Assembly: GCF_947568905.1 (NCBI RefSeq)
Contig: NC_079170.1
Coordinates: forward strand, 53,754,001 to 53,818,000
Source: Ostrea edulis
Lineage: Eukaryota
Direction of reading: 5' to 3'
DNA length: 64,000 nucleotides
Part shown: positions 24,201 through 36,800 of the stretch, piece after piece
Layout of the letters: each line of letters opens with the position of its first letter
Numbering within the stretch: the first letter of the stretch is position 1
Translations under genes and position numbers: made by a program
The notes under the pieces: generated by a model
Database searches by the model: none
Seen by the model: only the letters and a program-made list of their open reading frames with translations
Told to the model about the DNA's origin: nothing

Positions 24201-27200
24201 TCATTACCGTGTTGGTCTATGTATGGCTTTCTATTACCTGAAAATGATTTCTTACATTTTTGACTTGACAAAACGGGAATTCTGTATGTATTAAAAGAAA
24301 TTAACCCATGGTTACAACTAGCGTGCATGTTGTCTGTAATGGCATAATTGATGATAGTATAATTAACTGACCTTCATGTAAAGATATTCATGCACTCAAT
24401 GTCAAAGTTCTATCATTTACTGTTACCAAATTATAGAGTGTGACAGACGAATAGACGCCGGAATGATAACGGCCTTAATAGTATGAGTGTGGGATTGGAA
24501 AATTCCACTAAAGAGACAAGGTGTACAGAGAAATGTGAAAATAACGAACAAGTGATCGATCTCATAACTCATATAAGCCATACAAATTAGAGAGTTGGGC
24601 AAAAACGGCCCCCTGGATATACCAGAGGTGGGATCAGGTGCCTAGGAGGAGTAAGCATCCCCTGTCGACCAGTCACACCCACTGTGAGTACTATATCTTG
24701 ATCAGGTAAACGGAGTTATAAGTAGCCACAATCAGTATGCCAAGAACGGCCTAACAATCGGTATGAAACACGTCAGACAGCGTATGACCCAATGGTAGTC
24801 TATCACGAGATTTCGTTAAATCCCACATGCAGCAATCTTGTTTCGAAGGTGGATTGATTGATTGTATATTGTTTAACGACCCTCTCGAGAATCCTTCACT
24901 CATTTAGGGGCGTTACTATTGCCGGTGAAAGGCTGCGCAATTTAGGCATATGCTCAGCGCCTCTGCTACACCGGCTGTGACACGGGGCCTCACAAGCATA
25001 AACAATGAAGGGCATTTATTTCAAATTTTATTTACAGGTTTGTGCTTCAATTCATGAGCTTTGAAAACGTTAAAAAGATTGAAATCTTCATTTGAAATTA
25101 GATGAAAGACTACATGTAACTAAACAGTCAAAAAGACTACATGTGACTTTATGTATTTCAACTAAAAACAAGATTATCCCCCTCGCAATTATTTGGAGAA
25201 AACATAAAAAAATATAATACTACATGGTTGAATTACATCGTAAAAATTTGTCTTGCATGGGAAATAATATGTATATCATTATATATTGACGAAGTATATA
25301 TATTGTGTTACTAGTATAATATAAATGCCCCCGCTGATATTCAAGTGAGAATGTAACATTGGGTGCAAATGAAACAAAAATAGAAAATCAAATTGGTGTT
25401 TTTTTTTAATTACTTGTTAGTATTATTTTTAAGGAGTTGAAGGTACATATTGACGAATTAGAGATTTTATATAGAATCATCCATTTAAGATGACAATAAA
25501 ATAACATTTCATATTTAAAATGATATATACCATGTCAATATGGTGTGATAAGAATAAATCGAGACTTAACAATTAAAAATGTTCGATGTCTAAGGGCAAT
25601 AACTTTGGTGAAAATAGGTCAGTCTATATAAAACTCGAATTTGATTTGTAAGTCATTAAAAAGAAACATGTAAAATCTGCTTATTAACGACAGGAAATAA
25701 ATATCCGAAAAAAAGGAATAATCATAATTTTTTAAAGTCTAAGGGCAACGTCTATGCTGAAAATTAGTCAATTAACATGAAACTATACCTTGATCTGTAC
25801 CTTATCAATATTAAGATACTAAATTTAGCTCTTTATCTACAGTTACAGCAAGCAACACCTTCGCTAGCCAAGGGTTTACGATCCGATCCGCTTCTCTGCA
25901 AACCCTTGGCAAATTTAGTGCGATTTTGGTACCCTCAACTTTCTGCATATGATTGGACACAGTAAAAGTCCATTGCTCAATCAGAGAATGTGTTACGTTA
26001 GATCACGTTCAAAACAAAGGAATTTAAATACCTACAACTGTCACTCGGCCGTGTATCAAATACATATTCAAACCAACGATGTCACGTGCGCAGTTCAGAC
26101 TCGTATCTGCGTAAAGAAGTGCATTTTATTTACTACAGTACAGTACCATAAGTTTAATATGAAACATCTCTTGTAATTCATTGTTTTATACATGTTCTAT
26201 CTATCCCAGATTTAAACAGTTGCGTCAAAGCTATTTTCCTCAATTTGGAATTCACCTTACACGCGTGGTGTTATTTTTAGACGTAGATTCAACGACTACA
26301 TATATTTCATGGGTTCACCACATGTTTATTTTCTAAGTAATAATCTCACTGATTTCTTTTACAAGTATGCTCTTAAGAGATAATTAAATCTATTATTAAT
26401 ATTTTAAATGATTTGCATACCACATTGCGTTATTCTCTGAGCGCAGCAATTTCTAAACAACGAGCGCAGCCATTTCTAAACAACTTTTAAACAGTAGCTG
26501 AAACACGCATTTTCATTGGATAAACATGATGTAATCCAAACAGGGTTGTTGTTTTATCCATCCGCTAGAGGGCGTCACTCAAAGCTACGAAAATCGCACT
26601 AAATCTGCCAAGGGTTTGTAGAGAAGCGGAATAGATCGTAAACCCTTGGCTAGCGAAGATGAACAAAGAAGTCCAGAAAAAGTTAATTATTAGAAATTTT
26701 GGAAGTCTAAGACAATAATAGGTCAATCGATTTGAATCTCAAATCTGATTCAAGTCATCAACATGAAGACATGTACCAAATAATAGTTCATTATCTACAA
26801 GTACGACATAAGCAATCCGGAACACTAACTATAACGGACTGACGGAATAACAGACTAATAGTTCATTATCTACAAGCACGACATAAACAATCTATAACGG
26901 ACTGACGGAATAACAGAATTCTACAAGCACGACATAAACAATCCGGAACACTAACTATAACGGACTGACGGAATAACAGAATTCTACACGCACGATATAA
27001 ACAATCCGGAACACTAACTATAACGGACTGACGGAATAACAGAATTCTACAAGCACGACATAAACAACCCGGAACACTAACTATAACGGACTGACGGAAT
27101 AACAGAATTCTACACGCACGACATAAACAATCCGGAACACTAACTATAACGGACTGACGGAATAACAGAATTCTACACGCACGACATAAGCAATCCGGAA

Positions 27201-27759
27201 AACTAACTATAACGGACTGACGGAATAACAGAATAATAGTTCATTATCTACAAGCACGACATAAACAATGCGGAAAACTAACTATAACGGACTGACGGAA
27301 TAACAGAATAATAGTTCATTATCTACAAGCACGACATAAGCAATCCGGAAAACTAACTATAACGGACTGACGGAATAACAGAATAATAGTTCATTATCTA
27401 CAAGCACGATATAAACAAAGCGGAAAACTAACTATAACGGACTGACGGAATAACAGAATAATAGTTCATTATCTACAAGCACGACATAAGCAATCCGGAA
27501 AACTAACTATAACGGACTGACGGAATAACAGAATAATAGTTCATTATCTACAAGCACGATATAAACAATGCGGAAAACTAACTATAACGGACTGACGGAG
27601 TAACAGAATAATAGTTCATTATCTACAAGCACGATATAAACAATGCGGAAAACTAACTATAACGGACTGACGGAGTAACAGAGTAACGGACGGAAAGGCA
27701 ATACATATACCTCAATCATTTCATGGCGTGGCAAAATAATCAATAGGGCACTTGAAATT

Positions 27760-27812
<53 letters not shown>

Positions 27813-30800
27813 GTATCTTTCCCGCTTAGCTTTACCTTGAGCCCAGGTTCCACTGAAAAAATCCGCCAACCCTGTGTGAGTTGTATGTCTATCTTGAAGA
27901 TGACAATAGCGATCATAGGCCGCTTCTGAAAACTGCCTGTGATACCAGTACATCACCATTACCCCATCGACATTCCTCTCAACTGGAAGAGGTGCAGGTA
28001 CAGTGATTATAGTGTAATAAGCACATTTGTTTTAATAGTCACGTTAGCGTATTTTGATTTTCAACGTCTTTCTGATTAAACAGTGTTACGCTAGTGCATA
28101 AACCTTTCTGATTTGCTTTTAGTTCATCAGTTTTGTGAATGAAAGTAACATGCAATATTAACTATGTTTAAAGTTGTGATATAGATCTAAAAAGTCTAAA
28201 ATTATTTTTAAAAAACCTCGTCAGTTTGCTAACCTATATAATGTTTGTCTTCTAATGATGCCTTCAGTCTAACTAGGATTAAAGGCGGCAAGCGTCTGAT
28301 AGGGGGTGTCCAATACATATAAACATCATTCAATACGTCATCATCACATGACAATATGTCTTCTAGTTCAGCTTCAGAGAGTCCAGTCCTAGCTTTAATG
28401 AAACAAATGTATCGGTCAAGAATTTGAAATATTTCAAACTTATCATTTTAAGTCCCTTTCTCACAAATTATCTTAAGTATACGAAAACAATTTCCACTTT
28501 ACAATCAGTTTAGTATATCAATTTGTCTTACACCGCTTTATATCTTAATTGCAATATCACAAAGACCAATCGGCAATGAACATAACTGTCGACAGCGAAT
28601 ACACGAATCAGCGATGCTAAGTGTTACTTCCATTTAATTGACGACATTACCCAAGTATAACTGTTGTTATTTGTATCCAAGTGTAACTGAAGATAACAAG
28701 GGCGATCTTATGCCCATTTTCCTAACTCTAATTTAATTGTCACAATTCCATTAAAAGATAAATTTCTAACGCATTCCCGAAAATATCAACAATTCATACA
28801 TTTTTTGCGCTATTGGAAACCATGTTGCATTGTCGCATATCTAAATGCTTCAGTTAGAATGATCGGTGGAGTATTCATTTTTCAATAAGCGACAAAGAAA
28901 TAAGCGATAAATTATAAAGAAATAATTTCTTTATATTTCTTAGTATATTGAAATTCTTTCTACCTTCTAATACTACTCGTTTTAAAGATTTTCATAGTTC
29001 ATATTACATAATAGGAAAGTTTTACCGGAAGTTAAGTATCCAAAAGCTTTGGACGTCAGCACCTGGCCATGCAGTACCTCCAATCTCCTAAATAATTCAT
29101 TGATACTTGCACGCACGGTTTTCTGCAGCAGAATGTGGTCCCCTGTGTAGTATGACATCCAGGTGGACGCTTTGTCGTACGACAGTTTCAGAAACAACGC
29201 AAGAGGACATTCATTAAACGCTGAAATCAAGACCTGATGTTGATCATGCGTCAATGTTCTTCTGTCAGTTTGTAACCAGCCATTCAGAATCTGTTGCACA
29301 TCACCTTCCGTAAATGGTTTCACATGTAAAAAGTTTGTATCTTCTTTTATGATATTCTAGAAAAAAGGAAATTAAAAATTCTTCTCTATGAAAAATTTCA
29401 GGTCAAGATAACTTGTTTTCTTGCATCAGAACATGATATCTTACAAACATCTATACCAGCACAAATTATTTGCTCACCTTCAGTTTGAGAAAGCATCCAT
29501 ACTTTGATTCCTCTAAAGTGGAGACCACAAGTTTCACATTATCTGGTAGAGTTCTTGGAAGCCAAAACAACTCTCTAGCACCATTAGACACCGAAAACTG
29601 GTCTAATGCGTCAATAAATAAGACCACCATCTTACCGGGTTTGACTCCTTGGAGGCTAGCGTGGAATTCCGATGAAATATGTTTAATATCTCCCTGTGAG
29701 AATATGAAAATATTTGATTACTAGTTTTGAGAAAAATAGATGTTGGTTACCACTGCAAAGGTAAAATATCTCGTAATGTATCATAGATATCATAGCTTCT
29801 GAATTCGAAACAATATTAAAATTTTCGATAAGTGGTAAAAAGTTGACAAAACGTAAGACTTTTGCAAAGCCTTTGCAACACACAAAACAGTTTGCTTGAC
29901 TAAACGTCAATCTTTACAATGAGGGATCAAAGGTTCCAACACATGTTAATCTCGTGAGAAGTAGGTTCAAAGTTTGATGTCGAGATTACAAAGCCATCAT
30001 ATTGTATCAGCTTTCAAAAGGCATTGTCAAAACGAATTACATCTACATAATATCAAAGCTCTATCATTCTTTGTTTAAAGTAGTAAAACTTTAAAGTTGT
30101 TTTCTGCCAAAGATGGAGTTTCCGGCAGATGGACAATAAAATTGTTGATTTTAAAAATGCTAGTACCTCAGCCTTATAAGCGTATTCCCCTTTGACGCGT
30201 TTCATCTGCTGTGTTAGATTTTGAAGAAATGGGATAATGTCTGTACTCTCGGATGTTGTACCAATAAACCTGTATTTAGTGTAAACAAATGTATTTAAAT
30301 TCATTTGAAATCATATTTTCAAACAAGAATCAAAGTGATAAAAACTATATTAGGTACATTATGCACCCACAGATCCGAGAAAGCAGGCAAATTATCTCTC
30401 GCGAGGTCAAGTAAGGGCATTTGTAATTTGTAATTTAAATAGTCATATACATATACTACCAGACACCAACAAAGATAAATGCATTGTATTCCAACAAAGT
30501 ATAAAACTTACTTTATCACTATAGATGCACTGTCTGTCAACCATGACTTTGCCTGTGAAGCGGCCATGGCCATGATTGTTGTTTTTCCGGCACCAGAAGA
30601 TGCATGCACAACATATGGATATTTACTTGCTCCTTGTACGTAGTTTTTTATTTTCTAGAACATAGGTATACATGTACAATAGAGAACACATACAACGTAA
30701 TACTTACGGTCTTTTTAAGGAATAATTTAGGAGAAGAACTTGGAAGTTATTAAGAATTTGCAATTTATCTTTTTGTGCATTTATAGAGTAGAACAACTTC

Positions 30801-33800
30801 AAACGAAACCAAACAATAGAAACATTCTATGTATCGTTTTATTAAAAACTCAAATGACGTGTGATTTCAGTAACTGTAATACATGCATATCTGTATACAT
30901 ATAAACAGATGTTACACCACTACTACTTGACTGATATATTCTACTTTTGTAAATATTTCAAGATTCTCGATCGTCAACTTCCCATATTCATGTAGCAATA
31001 TTTCATTATCACCTACATGAAAGGTGAAGATAACAGTGATCGATCTCATAACTCCAACAAGAAATACATATGGTGTTTATATATCTCAACTGATTCGATA
31101 CGCAAGAGCTTGTTCTGCGTATGATCAGTTTTTAAATCGAGACAGGGCTACTGGCAATCAAGTTGATGTTACAGTCTCGTTTAAAGTCAACATTTCGCAA
31201 AATCTACGGTCGTTTTAATGATCTAGTTTGTCCATATAACCTATCATTGGGTTAAATGCTGTCTGACGTGTTTTATACTAATTGTTAGGCTGTTCTTGGC
31301 ACATTGATTTTGACTACGAATTACTCCTTTTACATGATCAAGACATAGGGCTCGTGGCGGGTATGACCGGTCGACAGGGGATGCTTACTTTTACTAGTCA
31401 CCTGATCCTACCTCTGGTATGTCCAGAATTCCGTGTTTGTCCAACAGTTTTTTGTATTCCTTGTGGGAGTTATGAGATTGATCACTGTTTGTTATCTAGT
31501 GTAAAATAACTAAAATCGTATGATTTATTTTTCAGAAGTTAAGGAAGTTGACCCATGGAGGGTCAAAGGCAATTCACTTCTAATAGGTGGAATATAAGTT
31601 TGCACTATTAGAAAATGTGAATTATAACAAAATCATTTGAAAATATGTGAGTACATTAGGTCAAGACAATCAGTAAAAATGCAGCCCACAACAAAGTTAA
31701 TAAAATTAGCACATCAGTTTGGATTTGATTTTATGTTTAAAAAGGTAATATTCCTTTTTGTAATTGAGTATGATCTTGTTCTGGGATGTGTTTATATAAA
31801 CAAAACATCTAAGCACATGTATAAAGTTTTCCAACCTGTAATTCGTCTTCGCGTCCAAATGCCTGACATTTTCTTTTACAGAACTCGAGGTGCTGTAGAC
31901 ATTCTTCAAACAGCGGATCTTCATCATCATCTAGCTCTCTTTTGACAATAGCCTGGTCAATCTTGGAAATCATAAGCTGTTCGAAATTGTCATTCATTTC
32001 TTGCAGATACAGATAATGGTCTGGTAAAGAGGGATCTATTCCTTTAGGTAAAATATAAAAGAATGTGTTATTAAACTATATTTTCCAATGTCAAAATTAC
32101 AGCACTTAGGATTAAACAAAAGATAGATAGTGAGAGATTCAAATACATCGTGTCAAGTAGTCAAAATACTAGTGGGTGCTGTGACGGCTGTCATCCAACA
32201 TCAATTTTATCGCTTTATTCAACATCCAAGAGAAAAAAGAAAACTGTGGAGCGTTTATCACAAATGCACTGACATTTTAATATTGACGGAATTGTGGTCA
32301 TGTTTCATTTTTGACAAGAAATATCATTATATAAAGGTCACATGCGTGTTATGCGTCCTATCTATCATAAAATTACGTTTGTAAGACCGCAGATGGAGGT
32401 GGCTATAATAAAAACCACCCGATTGTGTTTATCAATGTGATAATATGAAACTTATAATTTTATATAATGTAAATCATATTCATTAAGTATTTTAATCGTG
32501 TGTAAGGCCTGACAACAATAGAAAATATGATCGCTGCATTGGTATACACTGAGGGATAATATTTGTACCCAATATAATTAGTATGTGTATAAATACCTGT
32601 ATTACTGTAAGAGGTTTACATACAAACCTTTCTCAGACCACGGGATCGTATATTCGTGAACATTATTCATAGGCAAAACGTTCTCCATGTTTTGCTTTAG
32701 GTGTTTTAATAGTTTACGAGTATTTTGCCATTTCTCTTCAGGACCCAAGCACTCTGGAATCAAGGTATTAAGTTAGACAATGCTTTATCAAGGAAATATT
32801 TTCAAGACATGCTAAATCACAATATGTTTATAGAATAAAACTATCTGTGTGTTATAAGCTGACACGAATTGAAAAATATACGAGAATTCGCAGTGTTCTC
32901 TACATTTCTTTATTAATTCATTAAATATATATCCATTCCATCAGTAGCTGTGAGTTTATCATATATTTTTGGCGTGCTTACTGTATAGATTGGCATACAC
33001 TTTCATACGTGCTGCGTATTGGAGTTGATGGACTAAAATTTATGTATTATCAAAGTTCAGTACATCACTACAGTTCAGTGAATTATCGTATACCAGGTTT
33101 TTCCTGCGTGCATCCAATTTCCGCTTTGTTCGCGACGATTTCCGAATCGCGGAAAATAAATCCGCGTAAATTTGATACAAAGTTTTATTTTTGTAATAGA
33201 GTTATATAGTATACAGGTAAGAGTATGGTGAAAATTTTGTGTTCGGTTGGTTTTGTAACTATTGTGTAAATCGTTTCATTGACTGAATTTTTTCATTAGA
33301 AATTAAGTGTTATACGTGCTGGCTTCTTTTTTCAATTCCTTTATAAGTTTAACTAATCGTGAATTATATTTTCTCTGTGACTTGGAAATAGTGAACATTT
33401 GATTCGCGTAAATGTAATATACTGTTTTAGGTTCTGATTCGCAAAAAAAAAACACCATGACGTGGAAAAAACCCCGGATATACGATATCAGAATCCATTG
33501 AAATATTACAGTTACTAACCCATGAATCTGGACAACTGCCAACTGGGCTCCACGTTTTCGATGTCCTTAATGGTGCGTTTAAACCACAAACATTGGTTTT
33601 CTGGGTCTTTACACTCCAAAATCCCTTTCAAGACCTCTAGGTGTGTTACTGTTTAAAAAATTGACAAGTTTAATTATCCAGTTCTTCACTATATTTGATT
33701 TTCTAATTAAAAATCATATACATATCCAGTGGCCATATATAGAAAGTTAAATTTATATCTACAAGTACAATAATTTATGCATATTTTACTTGATATCACG

Positions 33801-36800
33801 TATTTCATGGCCTCTTGCTCCCCTAACACTCTCTGGGATGTTTCAGTTAGGGTTTTCTGCAGAGCCTCACTTTCGCTCCACCACTGGCTTTTTGCGGATT
33901 TCTTTTTCTCTTGGTCATGTGCCAGGTAGTCTGGTAGTAATTTGCTAATCGTTTGAAGGACATACATGGGGGGTATGGAATTGTCATCTCTCCTGTACCA
34001 TCTAAAAAGAATGTTCTAGAATTAACTATACCATCTAAAAAAATGTTCTAGAATTAACTGTACCATCTAAAAAGAATGTTCTAGAATTAACTATACCATC
34101 TACAAAGAATGTTCTAGAATTAACTGTACCATCTAAAAAGAATGTTCTAGAATTAACTGTACCATCTAAAAAGAATGTTCTAGAATTAACTATACCATCT
34201 AAAAAGAATGTTCTAGAATTAACTATACCATCTTAAAAGAATGTTCTAGAATTAAAGGTATATCCCGTGCGCTGTAGATGAAGTAAAGTCTCGGAAGGTT
34301 TGAAAGGCGTATTCTGATGTGTACCATGATCAGTAGCTCTATATGTGTAATATATCATGTATTTACATGTGCTTGTTTGGTTTTAATAATTACAGAGGAT
34401 CGATATATGGAGCACACTGACATTAATTTTACATTTTGACGCCATATATACTAACAATTCTCATAGAATTAACTACTCTTGAACCCACAAAGATGGTTCA
34501 AGTCAAGATGATCATTGCGCATATAACAAACATGTTTTGACAACCTTCGTATAAGCCTGAATATTGGACATAAAAATATCTTAGCAATGCATAAATGCAT
34601 ACACCATGTGTGAACAATTCTATACGATCATAGAGAATAAGTTCAAATCCATCCATTTCTAACATATAGATCTGGTACACTTAGGAGATGATTCAAATTT
34701 ATTTTGTTAACACAAATAAATGAGCATTTCTATTTTGATTGATACATGTATGTACACCACAATTTATATTTGAAAATCTAGTTAATGTTGCTCTTAGATA
34801 TTTAAATTTAATTTATTTTATGCCGTCTTACTTTTGTAAAAGTCCTTTATCTTCTTCGCTTTCTGTTCCGTTGTAAATTGCCTCGTATTCTTCTATATCA
34901 ATTTCTCTTGGTAAGGAAGTGTAGCCGTATTTGTGTGACAATAACGACTATAAAAAAGTAATTTTAATGCAAAAATAAGTTCATCAATGTGACAATTATA
35001 CAACAGAAAATACTATTGATGCTGGTATAACTTCACTGTTAGGACCAGCAGTCATTTACTTCCCTTCTTGTCTAGATTAACCATACGAATGAAATGCGAA
35101 GATAACGAACAGTGATCAATCTCATAACTCCTATAAGTAATACAAAATGAAGAACACAAACCCCTCGATATACCAAAGGTGGGATAAAGTGCCTAGCAGG
35201 AGTAAGCATCCCCTGTCGACCGTTCACACCCGCCGTGAGCCCTATATCATGATGAGGTAAACGGAATTACCCGTAGGCAAAATCAGTGTGCCAAGAACGG
35301 CCTTAACAAGCAATACCAACATATTAGATGTGCTTACCTCACTGCAGTCGCGTTGCATGGTTTAAGCGCGCTATCAATATAGGGGTACTAACTGACGATA
35401 TCAATGTCCATGCCTCTGTAAATGTGAATCTAGGAAGGAACAGAAAGCCTAATGATTAACTTACTACAAAGTTGGGTCCAGTGGATAGTTTCTGGCACAA
35501 CTGCAATTCTCTTAGACAAAGCTCAGTCCCCCTGTGATCGTCTGTAGCTTCGTCCCTAACCCCCCAACGCATGTCCACAACCTGGAACTCGTATCCTCGA
35601 GACCGGCAGTACTGTTTGAGGCGAGGGTATGCCTTCTCCATCCAGGCGTTCCTCTCGAATTTAGTATCTATACAGTGTTCATAATAAAACGTAAAAGAAC
35701 TGAACTATTTGTAGATAGCATCTGTAGTAAATCGAGATAAGACTGATCATAATGAATTTTTTTTCTTAAAAAAACACATCCAAAATGATATCTCGTTTTA
35801 AAATCCATCGTACAAAAACCGTAGCATGGTGTAAATGTCATCTTATACTTCATGACAAGATTAATACAAAGCACGAAATCAGTTCATTATTATCCTCCCC
35901 CCGGAAGAATCTTTATATGGATTTGAACTTGATGTGGAACTTTCATTTATTCCTATAATGCTTTATACCGATTAAATTTCAACTTTTTAATGTCCACTGT
36001 AAAACCCACGTCTTAATCGGCATTCAGATTGGAAATCGGAAACAGTAACATAATATCAAAATGAAAAGTCTTCTTTCAATAGTAACATTATTGACCCAAG
36101 TTATATAGTGAAGTGTATGTATGTTCTTGGGTATATATACTACTCAAAATTTGATAAGGATCACTAGGTTATATGTGTGTAATTTACCACTAACATAACA
36201 AAAGACATAAATTTGACTCAGAAACGTGTTTACTCAGGTTATGAATGAAAATTCATGAACGGCATGAACTTTTATCAATACGGAATGCTTGAAATCTGAT
36301 AACAACACCAAAAGGCATTTCATTACAAAAAGTTAACACCAAACCAGAAAAAGAATTACACAGTTTTTGGGGATAGTCCATCATTACACTTAGTCGATGA
36401 AGTGTCAATACCGGGTATGGCCTCCCCTTGCATCAATGACGGCTTGACAACGTCGAGCCATGCTGTCAATAAGCACCCGGATGTTTCCAATTGGAAGGTT
36501 GTTCCACTCTTCCACGAGGGCGTTTCCGAGCTCTGCCAAAAGTCGTGGGTTGTGTTCTACGGCGTGAAAGGGCAACCTGCAGCATGTTCCATACATGCAC
36601 AATCGGGTTCAAGTCCGGCGAGCGTGCTGGCCAGTCCATACGGACAATTGTCTCCTGCTGAAGGTACTGTTCCACCACCATGGCGCGATGAGGACGGGCG
36701 TTATCATCGATCAGGATGAACTCAGGGCCAACAGCACCAGCGTAGGGTCTGACGTAAACATTGAGGATCTCATCCCGGTACCGCACCCCCGTCATTGTTC

